A DNA stretch of 64,000 nucleotides from positions 24,676,001 through 24,740,000 of the forward strand of contig OZ281495.1 in NCBI GenBank assembly GCA_965637545.1, given 5' to 3'. A program made the position numbers and the translations under genes. Below are positions 37,901-52,900 of this stretch, piece after piece (the first letter of the stretch is position 1; every line of letters starts with the position of its first letter). The notes beneath the pieces were generated by a model, which had not been told where the DNA came from, searched no databases, and worked only from the letters and a program-made list of their open reading frames with translations. Source of the stretch: Phallusia mammillata. Taxonomy: Eukaryota.

Positions 37901-40900
37901 ACCTGCGTTATTTGAAACACTTGCGATAATACCTTTTGACATACTACCCAGTTTAATGAATAAAAGCGTCATTAATTTTAAGACACAAAAATTTGATCCG
38001 CAAACTGTACGCTTCTAAAATATCAAAAAAGGGTTAATTTTATTAAACCACTTTGTTGCGACAGCTTGAACTGACAGGCGGCTCGATTTTGAACATGGAT
38101 TCTCCAGAAAGCAACTTGATAGCTGATGACATCACAGGAGACAGTTCATCGTTGCTCGTCGTCAGACCTCAACAAGTAACGTCCCTTACCTGTTAAACGA
38201 TCTCCATTACTTCGCGTCTAATCTGAACTTTTTTTCTGTAGACTTTCCACAGCCGAACAAGCAAAGGTCACGTTCTACCGCTAGCTTTGCTCGCCCATGA
38301 AGGCTCCACGGTAAAACTGCCTGATTTGCTGTCGTGCAGAGAAGTGGATGTAACTATTCGAGGTACATATAGTTAATTAAGTACTGCACCCTTCAAAACA
38401 AAAGTTTTGGCTGACAAGGCTGCCGGTGTGTTTTATGTGGAAGGTCTTTTGTATTAATAAAGTTGGGTTCGTATTGCTACAATCTGGTAAACTGTGAGTG
38501 TTTTCATCTCGAAACTTGAAACTTGGGTGATATCTTTTTAGGTACTCTGGAAAAGCTTGAAAGTCTCAACATCGGCTCCCGTTGCTACGTCACGCTCGAG
38601 CATCATCACACAGCGTCATTGATGGAAGTTCACAATCTTACCATGAAAACTTTCGCATCTCTCAACATCAGAACCCGTGGCCTCCACACCACAACTGTCA
38701 AGGGCGTGATCCTCGACATGCGCAGTGGTGCCAAGATAACCTCGAATGACCTCCAAATTGAGTTCACGAATGTGACATTACACTCGGCATCGGAGATCTC
38801 TGTGGACGAAGGAAGGCCAAGTGATCTTACAGGAGGTAAGTAACAACATTTTTATAGGTTCTTAAATAAAAGGCTTGGTCGATTTTGAATGTTGTACAAC
38901 AACTGTGTGAACATGGTGGTCAAGTGGTGTTAGCTGCCCCGAAATTTATCCAAATTTGCCATGCTTTTAGGATCATTACGTTTTGTAAATTTAAATCAAC
39001 CTAAACTTCTTCTCTGTATAAAAAAATCGAACTAAAACAATTTAGCCCCAACAGCTATACATTTATTACGCTCACGATTTAATGTAAAACTTGTTTTTAT
39101 TCATGTCAATCACAATATTTGTTTAATAATCTACACGGTAAATGTTTTTATTAACGTTTTCAGTTAAATCACTGGTCGGCAACCGCCGGTCCGCGGCCCG
39201 GGAGGAGTTCGTTACCGGGCCGTACATTTTTTTAGGTTAAATGCTACAAAACATTTTGCCCATATATCCCCGGGATGATAAACTAATTTAAGCGATTTTA
39301 TTGCTAAATATTTGAAGTTTTTTGAAGACCGGTCCGCGATAAAATTTTAGTTTCAAAAACGGTCCGCAGTGCAAAAAAGAATGACTTGTAATTTTGCTGA
39401 CTTTATTGCTCCTATCGTTCTGGTTGACGAAACTTTAACAAAAATTACAAGCTCTTCAACTGAAAACGATTAAATTATGTAGCTTTAAACCATTTGGACG
39501 CAAACGTTACTGAATATGCAACCTGGTGGACGAAACGTTTGTTCATTACAACGTAAATGCCTTTAAACAAGGCCACACTGTTTGCCTAATAAAAACTTAT
39601 TTCTGAGTAGAAACTGGAAGAGGACTTTCAAGTACTTCTGGTTGTTCCGGAGCAAGTCACGGCTCCACAGGAGGACAGGGTTACGGACAAGCAGCCTCCG
39701 GACTTCCCTATGGATCCTACCTCTCCGCAGAGGAGTTCGGTCAGGATGGAGGTCATGCGATCTTCCCACATCTTGGAGGACAAGGAGCTGGAAGACTGAA
39801 GATCAACGTCACTGATTTCTTCAAACTGGATGGAAAGCTTTCCGCTAACGGTTAGTTAGAATTGTGCGTTTTAAGTTTCCCTTTTTTCTGTAGTCTTTCC
39901 TTTATTTAACAAGAATAACATTAAGTTACAGCCATTCTGTGGGTCTATTTGTCGTAGTATTTCATTTTATTGCTTGCAAACAGATTTGAATACATACTCT
40001 ACCCTGAACAGATAAATATCACCGAATTTTTGTTCTGCCAATCTTTCAAAAGTCTAATCTTTCAACCACTGGTGTTTGGAAAACAGTAAATTAATAGCGG
40101 CAATACTTATATAAACGGTTATACATACATACATAAAACTAACTTGGCTAAAACTGTAGCAGCTGTATGTATTTAATGCAATCGTTTCAACAATAATTGT
40201 CGTTATCAGTTGTACACAATTTTACGCACAAAAATAGGGCTATCGATCTTGGGTGTTTTTCATGATCTGTTTTCTTCATACAAATGCTTTTCTCACTATT
40301 TGCATTTTTGGCAGTTATGGTTTTGAATCAAAGAGCAATTCACCTACAATGTACAAACATCTAAGCGAGCTTTGATTTGTTCTAGGTGGATCATGGAGAT
40401 CTGTGAATGCCGGTGGTGGAAGTGGTGGGAGCATCCTCATCCACACCAGGGAGCTTGAGGGAGACGGTGTGGTGGAAGCATCCGGAGGATCAGGATATAC
40501 TTCCAGTAGCAGAGGTGGAGGAGGATCTGGAGGCAGAGTTTCCATCTATTACGTTGACAACTTTTTCGTTGGTAAGAGACTCGTCTTGTCGTAATAACAT
40601 TTTTCCCGGTACAAAGGCAAAGTGTGGAAATTGGAAATAAAGAAAAAAACTAAAAAGAGTTTTAGTTGGTTTTCTGATGCGCATTTTCCCTAAACAATGT
40701 GCATCACTTGTACTTAACCCCGAAATACATCATTTACTTTTCTTGTTGTAACTTTATTATGTTGTTTATGTTAGCGGTTTCTTCTATATATTTTTTAAGG
40801 GTACTGTCGGTTTTGATTGCTTTGTAGAACTCACGAAAGAAATACAATTTTCTACTTCGTATTAGTTGTCTTTCATCTAAAAAGAATCACATTTTCATTT

Positions 40901-43900
40901 AATATAAATCCATGTTTAGGTCAGTACGTTTCTTTTGGTGGTGCCGGTCGTGAGGTCGGAGGACCGGGAACAGTTTATTTGGAGAAAGTTCCTCTTCCGG
41001 GCGTTGTCTTCCAGGACGGAGCAACGCCTGATGGAAGAGTCACCCACGATTCCAACGTCACCCAACCAACCACCAACCGAACTCTGTACATTAACAACCT
41101 AGGCAGGGCGGGTATTGAACCGGAACGTAATCTCACAGACTTCTACTCGGATGTGACAAAGGTCAGACTATAGATCTAGTGTTTTTTCTGTTTTGTATTG
41201 TGCTGATTGTTTGTTCTGTCGGGCATGCCGTGTTGAAGTATAAGTAGAATGGTGTTTAAGTACAATAGCTGCCGAGTAGGTTGTTGACAAAAGTTCATAC
41301 CTCGTTCCAACGTTCCTGAAGCTTAGTACTTGGTTAAGCCACACAGGTGATGCTTGTGCTCGACAATAATCTACTGCTCATCGTGAAAAAAATGAAATTA
41401 AAAAAGGCCACGATGCGAGAATCGCCTATTCGTCAAACACTTTTTTGGGAACTTTTAGTGATGGCGACTTACATATGTAAGATTATTATGGTGTTGTTTA
41501 TTGTCAAAGGTTAAAAATACTGAGTCGAATCCATCCCGTATGGCGCCATCACCGCTGTAGATGTAAAGCAGAAATTTTCAAGCTTTGATCTGTTTCTATA
41601 ATAAACTATTTTATATGGCCTCATTTGATGACGGTTCGGTGTCATACCTTTTGTTAACGTTTTCGCAGGCAACGTCAGTTGTTTGGCTCGGGCCATCAGA
41701 TCTTGATGCTGAAGAAATTGTTTTTGACGAGATCCACCTTTATGGCAGTGCAAACCTTGCCTTTGTGCGACAGGACTACTCAAAGTACGTTTGGTGTTTG
41801 GTGCATGAAGCGAGGTTTTGCAGACAGTGATTAGTTCCGTACACTTTTTGTCGATAAACACACTTTATCAGCTATTAACCATTTATTTTATAACACTATT
41901 TTTTGCATTGTATTATCTGTTTGTGACATATACAGACTATTTGTACTTCTATCATGTTTACTTTCAATAACACAAACAAGAGTTTATACCTCTTTGGGTT
42001 GTTACTAACCAGAAATCTAAGCATCCAAATAGGTATCTTTACTTCTTCTACTTTTCCCAGTCTCAAAAGCAGATCTACATCAACGTATTTCACAAATACA
42101 AGACTTAAAAAAGCTTGCGTCAGTTGGAGAAGTCAAACATGTTGTTGTGTTTGCTTGTGTAGTGCTTCACTCACCATTCGTATCGGAGCATTGCACGGGG
42201 ATCGAACCGGGCGTCTCTTGATCGGAGCCGACCAACTATTCTCGTCAGTTGATTCGCATATTCCCTGCAACATGGATGTATACCGGAGAGGACAGGCTTT
42301 ACTGAAGGGCGAACTGCGGGTTGAAGGAGTCACTATTCGTGTGGAGGGAGTTTTGCTCAACGCCGATAACATGACCGTGGTTGACGGAGGTATATCGTGC
42401 CTCTTGTAGGTTCTTGGCTATTTCTGATGTCAAACTGTTTTCGAATTCAGTGTAACGTGTTTATTTGATAAATACAAGCCTTAATAACTCATATAATTTT
42501 GGCAGGTTTACTGGGCGCTAGAACGGTCCGCATAAATAAACAGGCTAAAACGGTCCGGGTGAAATTTTAGAAAATGTGTACATCTTTGTACTGTTGTTTG
42601 CAACACACCCTTTTTCATGACTGTTTGTTAATGATTTGAATAGATCCCCTTTCTAAAGACGATTGTTGTTTAACAACTTTATAACCTGTCGATGTGTAGG
42701 CAAACTGTACTTGTACGAAATGGTGGCACCGAACGGAACCCACACTCCCACAGTGAATTTTGATACAATTAACGTGAGAAATGGAGGTTTTATGCAAACC
42801 ACCAACGGCAACAATGTCCGCCTCATGAGAGGTCGATGCATCGAGGTACGTTCACGTGACTCATTTGAAATACCAACTCAAATACCATCACCAATGAAGT
42901 CAATATGTACAAAAGTGCTAGGAAGGGATTCCTTCCTATGCAGATATTTATTCCGAAAACCTAATTTTACCTCGCTAGGATACCACTTGGACAGAAAAGT
43001 CCAAAATCTAACAAAAATTCGATCAGAGTTCGGATTTTAGTTTGAATAAATCGAATACGATTCGGCCCGGTCTTCACCCCTGGCCTAGTTTGTGCTGCAA
43101 TTTAATCAAATTTAGGGTCTAATACGGTCTTTTGTTTTTTATGTTACTGTAAAGAATTTGCAAGCAAATTGTTTTTGATCAAAAACGAGACGCCCCAAAT
43201 CGACATATTTGTGGAGCAAATTAGACCGTATAAATTAGATCAGACTGTTGTACATACACGATTTACCAATCTTCAGGTATTCGGCCAAGGTCATTTCGAA
43301 GGAATCAATCTACACATTGAAGTGACTGACATTCAAGTTGACCCTCTTGGTTGTCTTAATGTTGACGCTGTGTACAGAAATGAATCAGGTAAACAACTGT
43401 AGAGTCTTCCCAACTTAGTGTTTGTATTTGTCTGACGAAATTACTAACTTTCTTCTTGTGTAGGTGATTACTACAAAGCAAGGACTGGGGGTTCTCATGG
43501 CGGTTCTGGGGGTTCTTTGGATTCAGCCAACTCGAGAGTAAAGGTATTTAACTGCGTGCATCCGTGTCAAAAATGTGCATTTGTTGCAGATTAAATCACA
43601 AAATTCCAGAGATCCATAAAGTAAAGCTGAAATGTATTTCAAAATGCATGTCGGAGAATTGCAGAAAAATAAACAAGCGCAACAATTTTATGGTGTAAAT
43701 GCAATTTCCTCAAACGATTTTTTAAATGACTAAACATACAATAAACTTTAATTTACATAAAGTTGTTAAATTTGCCTTCGTGAAATCAGACTTTGTTTAT
43801 GGTTGTTAATTGTTTTGTAAAGTTTAAATCGACTCTAATATTTACATCAAAATTACATCTATAAATTTAATTGTTAAACCTACTTTATTGCTCCAGTTTA

Positions 43901-46900
43901 GTGGTTCTTAACCTGTGGGTAATTACCCAAAGGGGTAAGTTTACACTTTCCAGGGGTTAATTACACAATTATTTAATACTTTTGTGGCGTTATCCTTCTA
44001 TGACATCATAGCTGGAATTTTAGCTCTTCCAAAAAGGGAAAATGAAATCCATTCAGATGTTTTCAGGGGTAACAATGATAAAAAAAATCACTGCTCGAAT
44101 AATGGATATTTGTTGCTCAAAATACTAAATTTAGGATTCAAGCATATCCTAAACATAGTGTATTTGTATTTAAACCACAACGATACATAAATCACATTCT
44201 ATGTTATCGACACAGGGTTATGGCTCTGTCAAAACTCCTGTAGACTTCGGAAGAGCGGGAGGATTGAACGGAGGACTTGGTGGAGGAATATTGCGCATCA
44301 CCGCTTCCCGACTTCTTCGCGTTGACGGACGTGTGAGCGCAAACGGTGGTTCGGTGACAGGGACCAACAACAGCGGAGGTGGTAGCGGTGGAAGCATACT
44401 TATTGACACATATCGCCTTGAAGGAGCAGGAACCATCGAGGTATTTTTTAGGGATGTGCCAAAACTGCAAATGTTCTGTTTGGTCGAGCACCGAGCATCT
44501 CACTTTAATGCTCGGTGCTCGGCCGAGCACGCTCGGTGCATTATGACGTCACAAAAAATCCCCTTTCTACGTTTTAGCTCTACAAGGCCTCTTACGTCAC
44601 CGGCGGTGTTTTATTAAGCTGTACATGCCCATAAAGTACGCGTTTTCCACCATCTAGTCCTTTTGAAAAATCATTCGTTTTTGTTTAAGACACCCTTTAG
44701 AACACTAGTTACATATGTTAGCAGTGCATGAATATGCAAATTTAACGCTCGGGTCAGTTTGTGCAACTGCTCGGCCGAGCACCGAGCATTAAAAACAGCG
44801 ATGCTCGGTACCGAGTACTCGGGTTCTGGCTCGGCTCGGCGCATCCCTAGTATTTTTACTTTTGCTTACATCAGACAATAATGACAACTGGACATGCGAC
44901 AACCGGATTTTTTTCAGTTAATTGACTATGGGCAAATTGGCATACTGAACTTAAAAGTGTGCTTATTCGGAAATCGTTCTGAACCTACGTGAGATTCAAG
45001 TTGCGGGTAGTCGCACTAAACTTTGGAACGCTGTTTTACAGCAGTTGTTGTTTAATGTTTAACGCTAATTTAAGCCTGTCATTTATTAAAAGTGTTTTAA
45101 TGTCTGTAATTTTTTTTAAAATTAAAATTAAATTACCTAATTAGACCTAATAACAAACAGAAAAGTCAATGATTATTAAGTATTATGACGTTTTGTTGTT
45201 AGGTTATAGTGTCTAAAATTATGCACTTATGCTGTAGATCTTACGTTGACCCATCAATATAACCCACAAAGGCTTAAAACTTCACCCCGTAATGTTTTAG
45301 GCTGTCGGTGGCAAAGGAGGAAGTCATCCAACTTCAACTGATGGAGGTGGCGGTGGCGGAGGTCGTATGTCTGTCACAATGGTGGAAGATGGAAGTTTTC
45401 TGGTGAGTGAAAACCACGCTTTTAAGAAGCTCGTTTCGGCTCGACAGATTGACAAACCTATAAGCTTACTTTGATGTCTCAGGAAAGACCTAAACAACAA
45501 ACTCAATAGACAATAACAGACAGTTGATCTTGAACAAGGCGTTTTAGGGAACTATTTGACATAAGGTTTAGGTCCAGCAACTGGCTACTTAGCTAATTAA
45601 ATTTGTTCAAAAAATACTGACACAGAGTGTAAAGTTAAATTTCAATCAAGCCCGTTTTTTGAAAAAACTCAAGCCGGAACCTGTTTAGACCTACAACTCT
45701 AAATAGGCTACGGCAGTAGTTCTCAAACTGTGCGTCGCGACGCCCTGGTGCGTCGTTTCAATTTTCCAAGGGCGTCGCAGAATAGTTCCGTTTCGTGGCT
45801 TTTTGTTGTTGTATCAATAAACACAACTTTAATAATAAGTTTCCTCATTAACTTTTATTTGCTGGTGCGTCGCAAGTTCAGAAAACTTTTCCAGAGGCGT
45901 CACGAAACAAAAAAGTTTGAGAACCACTGGGCTACGGTATCTCTCCAACATTTTGTGTCCAATATTCTCCAATAACAATTACTGTATTTTTTAGGGATCG
46001 TTTTTGGTTCACGGGGGCGATGGTGGAGTCGGTTACGACGCAAGTCTGGGTAGGGGAGGTGCAGGTACAGCTTACATTCTGCACAAGGCGCACCCTAGCG
46101 GAAGTTCGGACGCCAACGACGGAACCACGAATGTGGATAAAGAAACGCTGTCGGTATCTAACCGTGACGCAAACTGGTTGCGAGGAAAACCAGAGGTATG
46201 TAGTTCAAGATTGTTGAATACACATTTGTGCATTCGGCATTGAACTTGTATATTTAAGAAAGAAACATACCAGCTCAATTGACCTGCACTGACTACCATG
46301 CATTCTATGTACACAAGATTTGATTAAACTATTTTTCTGTTGCTTTTAAGGTCAAGTTTTATACAGCTATCAAATTCAAACTAAACGTTTTCCATTTAAT
46401 TTAAAATTAAGTTTTCCAATGTCTCAGCTACAAATACTGCTAAAAGATTTTTAAGTGCTTTATTAAATACCTCTAACCATGTTAGTCCATCGTATTATGT
46501 ACAAACCTATTTGGATGCTTAATAGGATAAAACTCCCTCTTAACCGTATTTCATTCATACTTCTCTTATAATATAGCACAACTTTTGTCTGATGTATGAC
46601 TATAGTAAGTACCAAGCACCAAATAGTGCAATATAGATTTACATTCAGGTTACGGTTAAAAAACGCCGTACAAATATACGACAGAAAAAGAACTACGGTG
46701 CTTTTTGTAGGATGTACGAACGTGGATCAGCGTTCCATGGACAACACTGTATGAGGAACATGCCGATGCTACCACATTTACTCACGCGTACTTTGGCGGT
46801 TACGCGCATATCGAGATTCTTCCAGTGGATAACAGCAGTAGACCTGTGGATTTGCCACTTGCGCATCGTCGCATACTCGAAATTGATGATGTTCAAGGTA

Positions 46901-49900
46901 GGAGTCGGACGGTTTTGTGTTGCAACCTACTGCATGCAAATGTTAGGCTAGTGCTGGGAATGAGCCGATCCGAAAGCACCCGGAATCGAGCAACTCAATA
47001 TTTAGACCAGTACTATATTTGGCGCTTGGTGCTCCAAAATATGCTGATATCTTTTCTTTCCATATAAATAGACGCAAAAACACCAATTTAGCTACTATTA
47101 AACAAGCCTTTACTAAATGGGAAAAATATTGTGACACATGTGAAGCTTGGCGCCGTACTTGCGTCACGCTTAGTCAAAAAAAAAAACGTTTAGACTATGA
47201 TGGTCACTAGTCCTCACTACGTTTACCGTTTGTCCGGTACAGATTTCTTAAACAGAAGCTGCACATGATATTGTAAATTTTTTGTTTATCTAAAAGTTGT
47301 GTATTTTTGTCAGGCGATAACACAGCGGTTATCCACGCTCTAGCCGACCACGTGATTGACCTAGATGCTTCAGTGTCTGGACCAGTAACTATGCCCGTTA
47401 ACTCCATCATTTATGAGGTACGTTGCGTTTTTTCTTTAAAAATTTTCTTTTTCATTTTTTTGTACGTATGATGTGGAATAATATAAATATGCATATATTT
47501 TGTGTTTTATAGAATGGCGAAATCGTTCTTCCCCGCGAAACTAAATTCGCCGGCACATATTTGACGCTAGATGGCGGCAAAGCGAGCAACGTTCAAAAGT
47601 TGAACGTGTCCCATGGTTCAACACTTACTGTGAGCCACAAGGTAAGATTTTCTTATGACGCCATCACAAAATCTTGAGACTCGAAGACACTAAAACGGGC
47701 TATTTAGAGCAACCGCGTTTGGAAAAACAGTATTTGTTGCCACAAGCAAACCGAAGTGCTGATTTGCAATATGTGAATGGCGATATGTGAAAACATGCAC
47801 ACAATGCGCTGTTTGATTATACAATTTGTAAGACTACAACTGTAGTTTGGGCTTCATTGACCTTACATGACTTGTTTTTACGTTTCATGTCTTGGAGTTA
47901 TAAATTTTTATTTTGTATTTTTTTGCTGCAGGGCAAAGTAAACTCGGACGTTGACGGCGAAGTATTGATGGATGCAATTGACATCGGAAGCGGTGGTTCT
48001 TTCCACTGTAAACGAACCGGAAAGACAAAGGAACTGAACGAAGTGAATATCACACTCTCCCAATTCTTCGCTGTTCGTGCCAACGGAAAGGTCTGGTGTA
48101 GCTACCTGGATGTATTGGGTAAGCTACAAATTTTTGGTCTCGGATTTTGCAAAAAAACTTATTAAGCCCGCTGTTTGTATAATTTGCTCCTGGACGTCAA
48201 AATAAGTCTAAAAGCCTTATTAATGGTATTGTTAAATAACATTGACCACTGAATGTTATTCCCACGTTACTTGCGTTTCGATTTGTCTTTAAGTTCAAAT
48301 GGTGATGTCATTACTTGCGTCACGTTTATCTATTTCCAAGGGCATACTCAAACTATAGTATATAACTTTTTGTACTGATGATATCATCGTCGATAGTAAA
48401 AACCCAATAAAATGTAAATATTTGATCAATGATTTTTTAACTCCGTTTCTTGCGATCGCAAGTTTAGTGCTTTTAAATATTAATTTTTCTAAGCTATTTA
48501 GCTTTTAAAACTAATCGACATTAATAATCACATGGCGAAATCGGACTAAATATGTTATATTTTGTATCGCAGCATCTGATATCGAGGTGGACACTGACGG
48601 GTTAGTTGACGCCACAGGAGGCGGGTACGAGTTTTCTGAAGGTCCGGGTGTACCTGACGAGGGCCAAGTGGTTTTGAACGCCGTTCCCGGTGCATCCCAC
48701 GGAGGAAAGGGAGGAAGAAGCGGATCCAGCGTCTGGAAACCGGATCAGAAGGATTTGCAGGGAAGTGGAGAAGCTTATGGAAGCTACTTGACTCCTACTG
48801 ACTTCGGAACTGGTGGAACTGTACGAACAACTCATGAAGTAAGTAGATTTTTTGAGTACTCTGCCTGTTGCGTTTGGTTGAGCGTTGCAGTGCATAAGTG
48901 CAAGGTCAATCAGTTCTAGTTTTAGCCCTTTTGTCAGTACTCTGTCGTACGTTTATAAACGACTGACATTGACAAAGATGGTTTGCCATTGAAAATCAAA
49001 GTTTCACAAAGCAATTACTTTTCGCATTGTACCGTTATACACCAATGGTCTACTGTATGGACATAAATGTCATTTTTGTCGTTTACTTATATGTCATTTT
49101 TTGTCGTTTAGACGGCCGCCGGTGGTGGTGTGATACACATGAAATCCAGGGGTTCGTTCCTGTTAGATGGTTCGCTCAAGTCAAACGGACAAACATCAAA
49201 TATCGCTGGTAACGGTGGAGCTGCTGGAGGAAGCATCTGGATTGAAGCTGAAACGTTTGCTGGTAAACAAAATCAACACTGCAATGTTGTTTTATGCTTT
49301 ACTTAAGTAGGCACACAGCAACCACATAACTTACTATTAACGATGGAGAAAATTCTAGGACACAATTACGAAAGCTGTTTTTCCCAAAAACTCTGCGCTC
49401 CCGAAAGCTCGACAAATTATGAAATAAAATATGTGATTATGATTTTCCTATCTTAATATAAAAACAAGCCCAATCTAACCGAAGCTGCAACTTTTCATTG
49501 TGTGCTTCTTAGAAAACATACACGACTTCATCAGTTCCTTATTCAAATAGAAAATACCCTTTTGTTTCGTTTGAAAAGTACGATGTAACATGTCCTGTCT
49601 GTGCAGGTGGAGACAATCAAACGGATTTTGAATGTAAAATTAATGCATGTTTTAGGCAAAGGAACCGTTGAAGCAAATGGCGGCGACGGTTCTTGTCCGT
49701 ACCAATGTAGTTTGTGTGATGAGTACAGACGCTGTGTGAGGTGCAAAGGTGGATATCACTGGAGCAACTACATATGCATACCTGACCACAACAATCCCAA
49801 CTATGAAATGGTATGTAATATTATCTTGATTTATAACAACTGCAACTTAGTTAGCTCTATTTAGCCAACCATTATTTTGACTAAATGCGATGGTCTTGTT

Positions 49901-52900
49901 CAGCCGGTTTGGACTTGGATTGTTATGAGTTATTGAATACGGTAGCTAATGAAGTAAAAGGATAATATATGATACAAAAAGTATGACAAGTACATGTTCG
50001 TTATTTAGGTGCATGGCGGCAAAGCTGTTAGTTTACAACCTGAAGTTAATTGTTCTTAACCCTCTTGAAGAGTTATTTTGTTTATTCACTCGTTAGGTGG
50101 ATAAAACTGTTTTATTGGTCTGCCTCAGTACCCTGGACTAAACAGTTTTTACAAAGTTCTTTTATTTATAAGTTTGTTTTGAGTAAGTTTTACAAAGACC
50201 AACTGTTGGATATACGATTTTCGGTACAGTCACCACAAACCTATCCAATTTAAGTTTCTAACAAGCGTTTCAGTTTTGTTATTTTGTCCTAATAACCTGT
50301 ATCTATTTAGATTGTTGGTGGTGGCGGAGGAGGTGGAAGAATCTCAGTGTCAGCTAACTCGTCTTACACGTTTGTTGGTGAAATGACTGCGTTCGGAGGA
50401 AGGAGTTTATCGGAGAACGGTGGTTCGGGAACTATGTATGTGATGAAGAACTCCAGTTACAGTGTGCTGTCTGCTGACAACGAAGGATTTAAACCGACGT
50501 TTGATTATGCTGCTGGTGAGTTTTCTTATCAGCGATTCTTAGTGTGGGCAAAGACAACAAGCGTGCCGTGATATAGCCGGCCTACGTTTGAGGGCTATAA
50601 CGAAAATGCAAGTTTAAAGTTATTCTCTTAGTCAGTGTCTCCTGCATGTCAAATAACGAAGCACAGGTAATAATTGTCGTGTTGATCCAAATAAGCAAAT
50701 TACAAACAGTTTTCATTCAGTTTGTAATAAGTTGTTTGTTTCCAAAATTGCATTACATTTATCAACTGAGCTTATGTACAGACGATCGTGCATCCCGAGT
50801 AAGGTACGACAGTGGAAGAACTTACGCATTCCTGGATGACACAAGCACTTCACATGAAATATCTCAAGTCGAAATCAAACGTTCTGCCCATCTTGTCTTT
50901 GAGAAGGTAAGTTTAGTCATCGACTGCCCAACAATCTGTGACTGTGTTGCAGCCAAACATTGTTAAAGCACTTTAATGCAAAACAATACTTGTGTTTTAA
51001 ACATGGTCAAATTTTCGACAAGGCATGTTGCCATTTCTAAGTTAACTCATAAACAGCGCTTGTAATAAAAATAATGGTTTAACTTCAATATTTGAAAATA
51101 AAAGAAAAAATATAGAAAATACTTTTCTGTTAAACCAATCAATAAAATAGTTTAGTTTGCACAAACATGCGGGTTTAAAAATATCCCAAAATCTTTATGT
51201 TTGTTTTTAAATAGCGTGGTAGCGAGGAAGACAGGGTGAACTTATCGATTGACAAACTTGACGGAGATCTCACTGGTTTCTTGCATTTGATCGAGGAAGT
51301 GAAGTCGACAATCGGCAGTGGAACTTCTTCGCCATTCCCATCCGGTTTGCGAGTTTATCGGGCGGCTGTGACGTCACTGCCAGACACTGTGCTTTTCAGT
51401 CAGCTGTCGTATGAGGTGGGGGAGTTTTTTTGTTTCATTGAAATATATCACTATAGTTATTACACAATAAATTAGCGAGTATTTTGCAAATACTTTTCTG
51501 CGTAATGCCAAAAAAAAAATTTTTTTTATGGATCACACATTTTAAATTTAATAATGTTTGGATAATATAGCATTTTCGCAGTCCAAAATACTAATTGCAA
51601 ACAATTTAAGCTTGTTTTGACAATTCAACATACCCTTTTGCCCACAAACAAGACGAAACACATGAAATACGCAAACTTGTCGCAGGGACACAACAAACCT
51701 AATATCAGCATACGAACTAAGCATAAAACATTTATTTAGATATTTGTCAAAAATGGTTATGAAACTTCAAATTACTTTGGTTTGAGAAATCAATGTTATG
51801 TTTCTGTTTTTAATCTCCGCTTCATATTTTTTAGAATATCTTCGTTGCTGGTCTGATCACCAACCTTCAAGAACTGACCATCGGTAGCCAGATGGCTTTC
51901 CACATATTGGACGGTTCAAGAATCTCATCATCTCCAGTTGCGCCCGAGGAAGAAGATCCACTGGGAGGAGAATATGAAAGATATATCTACATGACAACAT
52001 TAGACATTCTTACAGGTGCAAATCAAACTTTTATATTTTATTATGTGGTAAAACATCTCTTTAAGAATTCTAAATTTTGTACTTTGTTAAGTTTTGCAAC
52101 AGTGTTACGAAGGATATTCGTGTTTGTTACCTGTAATGTAGTACTTTTAAATTGGACGATCTTTTTTGACACTAACCAGTCCTGTATTTTACCAAGCCAC
52201 GGCTCAGTGTTAACACACCACTAGTTTCAATTACATACCTACTTCCTTTTTTCGCCAAAAACTCTTCAATTTCATATTGGCCATTGGTGACCGTTTTTCC
52301 GAAAATCTGTTCCAGCCATAAGTACACTATTCACGGTTTTGATCAAAAAATTCAATCATTTCATTTTCACAAACGTTGTTCGCAAAAGTACCAGTCCAGT
52401 TCTAAAAGAGACCAATAAAACACCATGTTTTTCTGTGTTTCAGATGGCAAGTTTGTGGCTGGCTACACAGACGACATCGTCCCTGCAAACCCCAAACCGT
52501 CCCTCACTCTTAACCTGACACAAGATCTGAAACTACATCCCGGTGCTCGTCTTGTCGCTCCCTGGCTTGACGTCATCGATGTTCGTTCCGTGAACATCGA
52601 CCGCTCGGCAACTATCAGCTCAGTGGGACTTGGTGATGACAATGTGGGAGGAGGACTCGATTCCACATCAGGAGGAGGATCTGGAGGCGGACACGGAGGA
52701 AGTGGAGGAGAAGGACGCGATAAGGTTATTTGACTGCAACTGTGTTAGTGTGTCTCAATTGCAAAGCATTGAGGTTTTTCGTGTTGCTTTACTGCGTCTG
52801 TAACAGGGGTAAAGAATGGTTAGAAATTATTTGCCTAAACCCCAAACTATAGCATTATTAAAAAATAATAATTCACTATATTTAAACTATGTGTACAAGT

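Noticed and set aside
43899-43960. Lone hAT-like left ends or relics (TAGTGGTTCTTAACCT here; also about 16926-17015, 33590-33620, 63277-63453)
   Set aside because: The partner TIR and/or TSD could not be identified with confidence; probably decayed MITEs but not supportable as delimited features.
45730-45975. Short ORFs within or running into MITEs (also 10104-10304, 10356-10706, 24718-24978, 29866-30116, 52962-53174)
   Set aside because: No transposase motifs and no splice-compatible context; incidental ORFs in non-autonomous elements.
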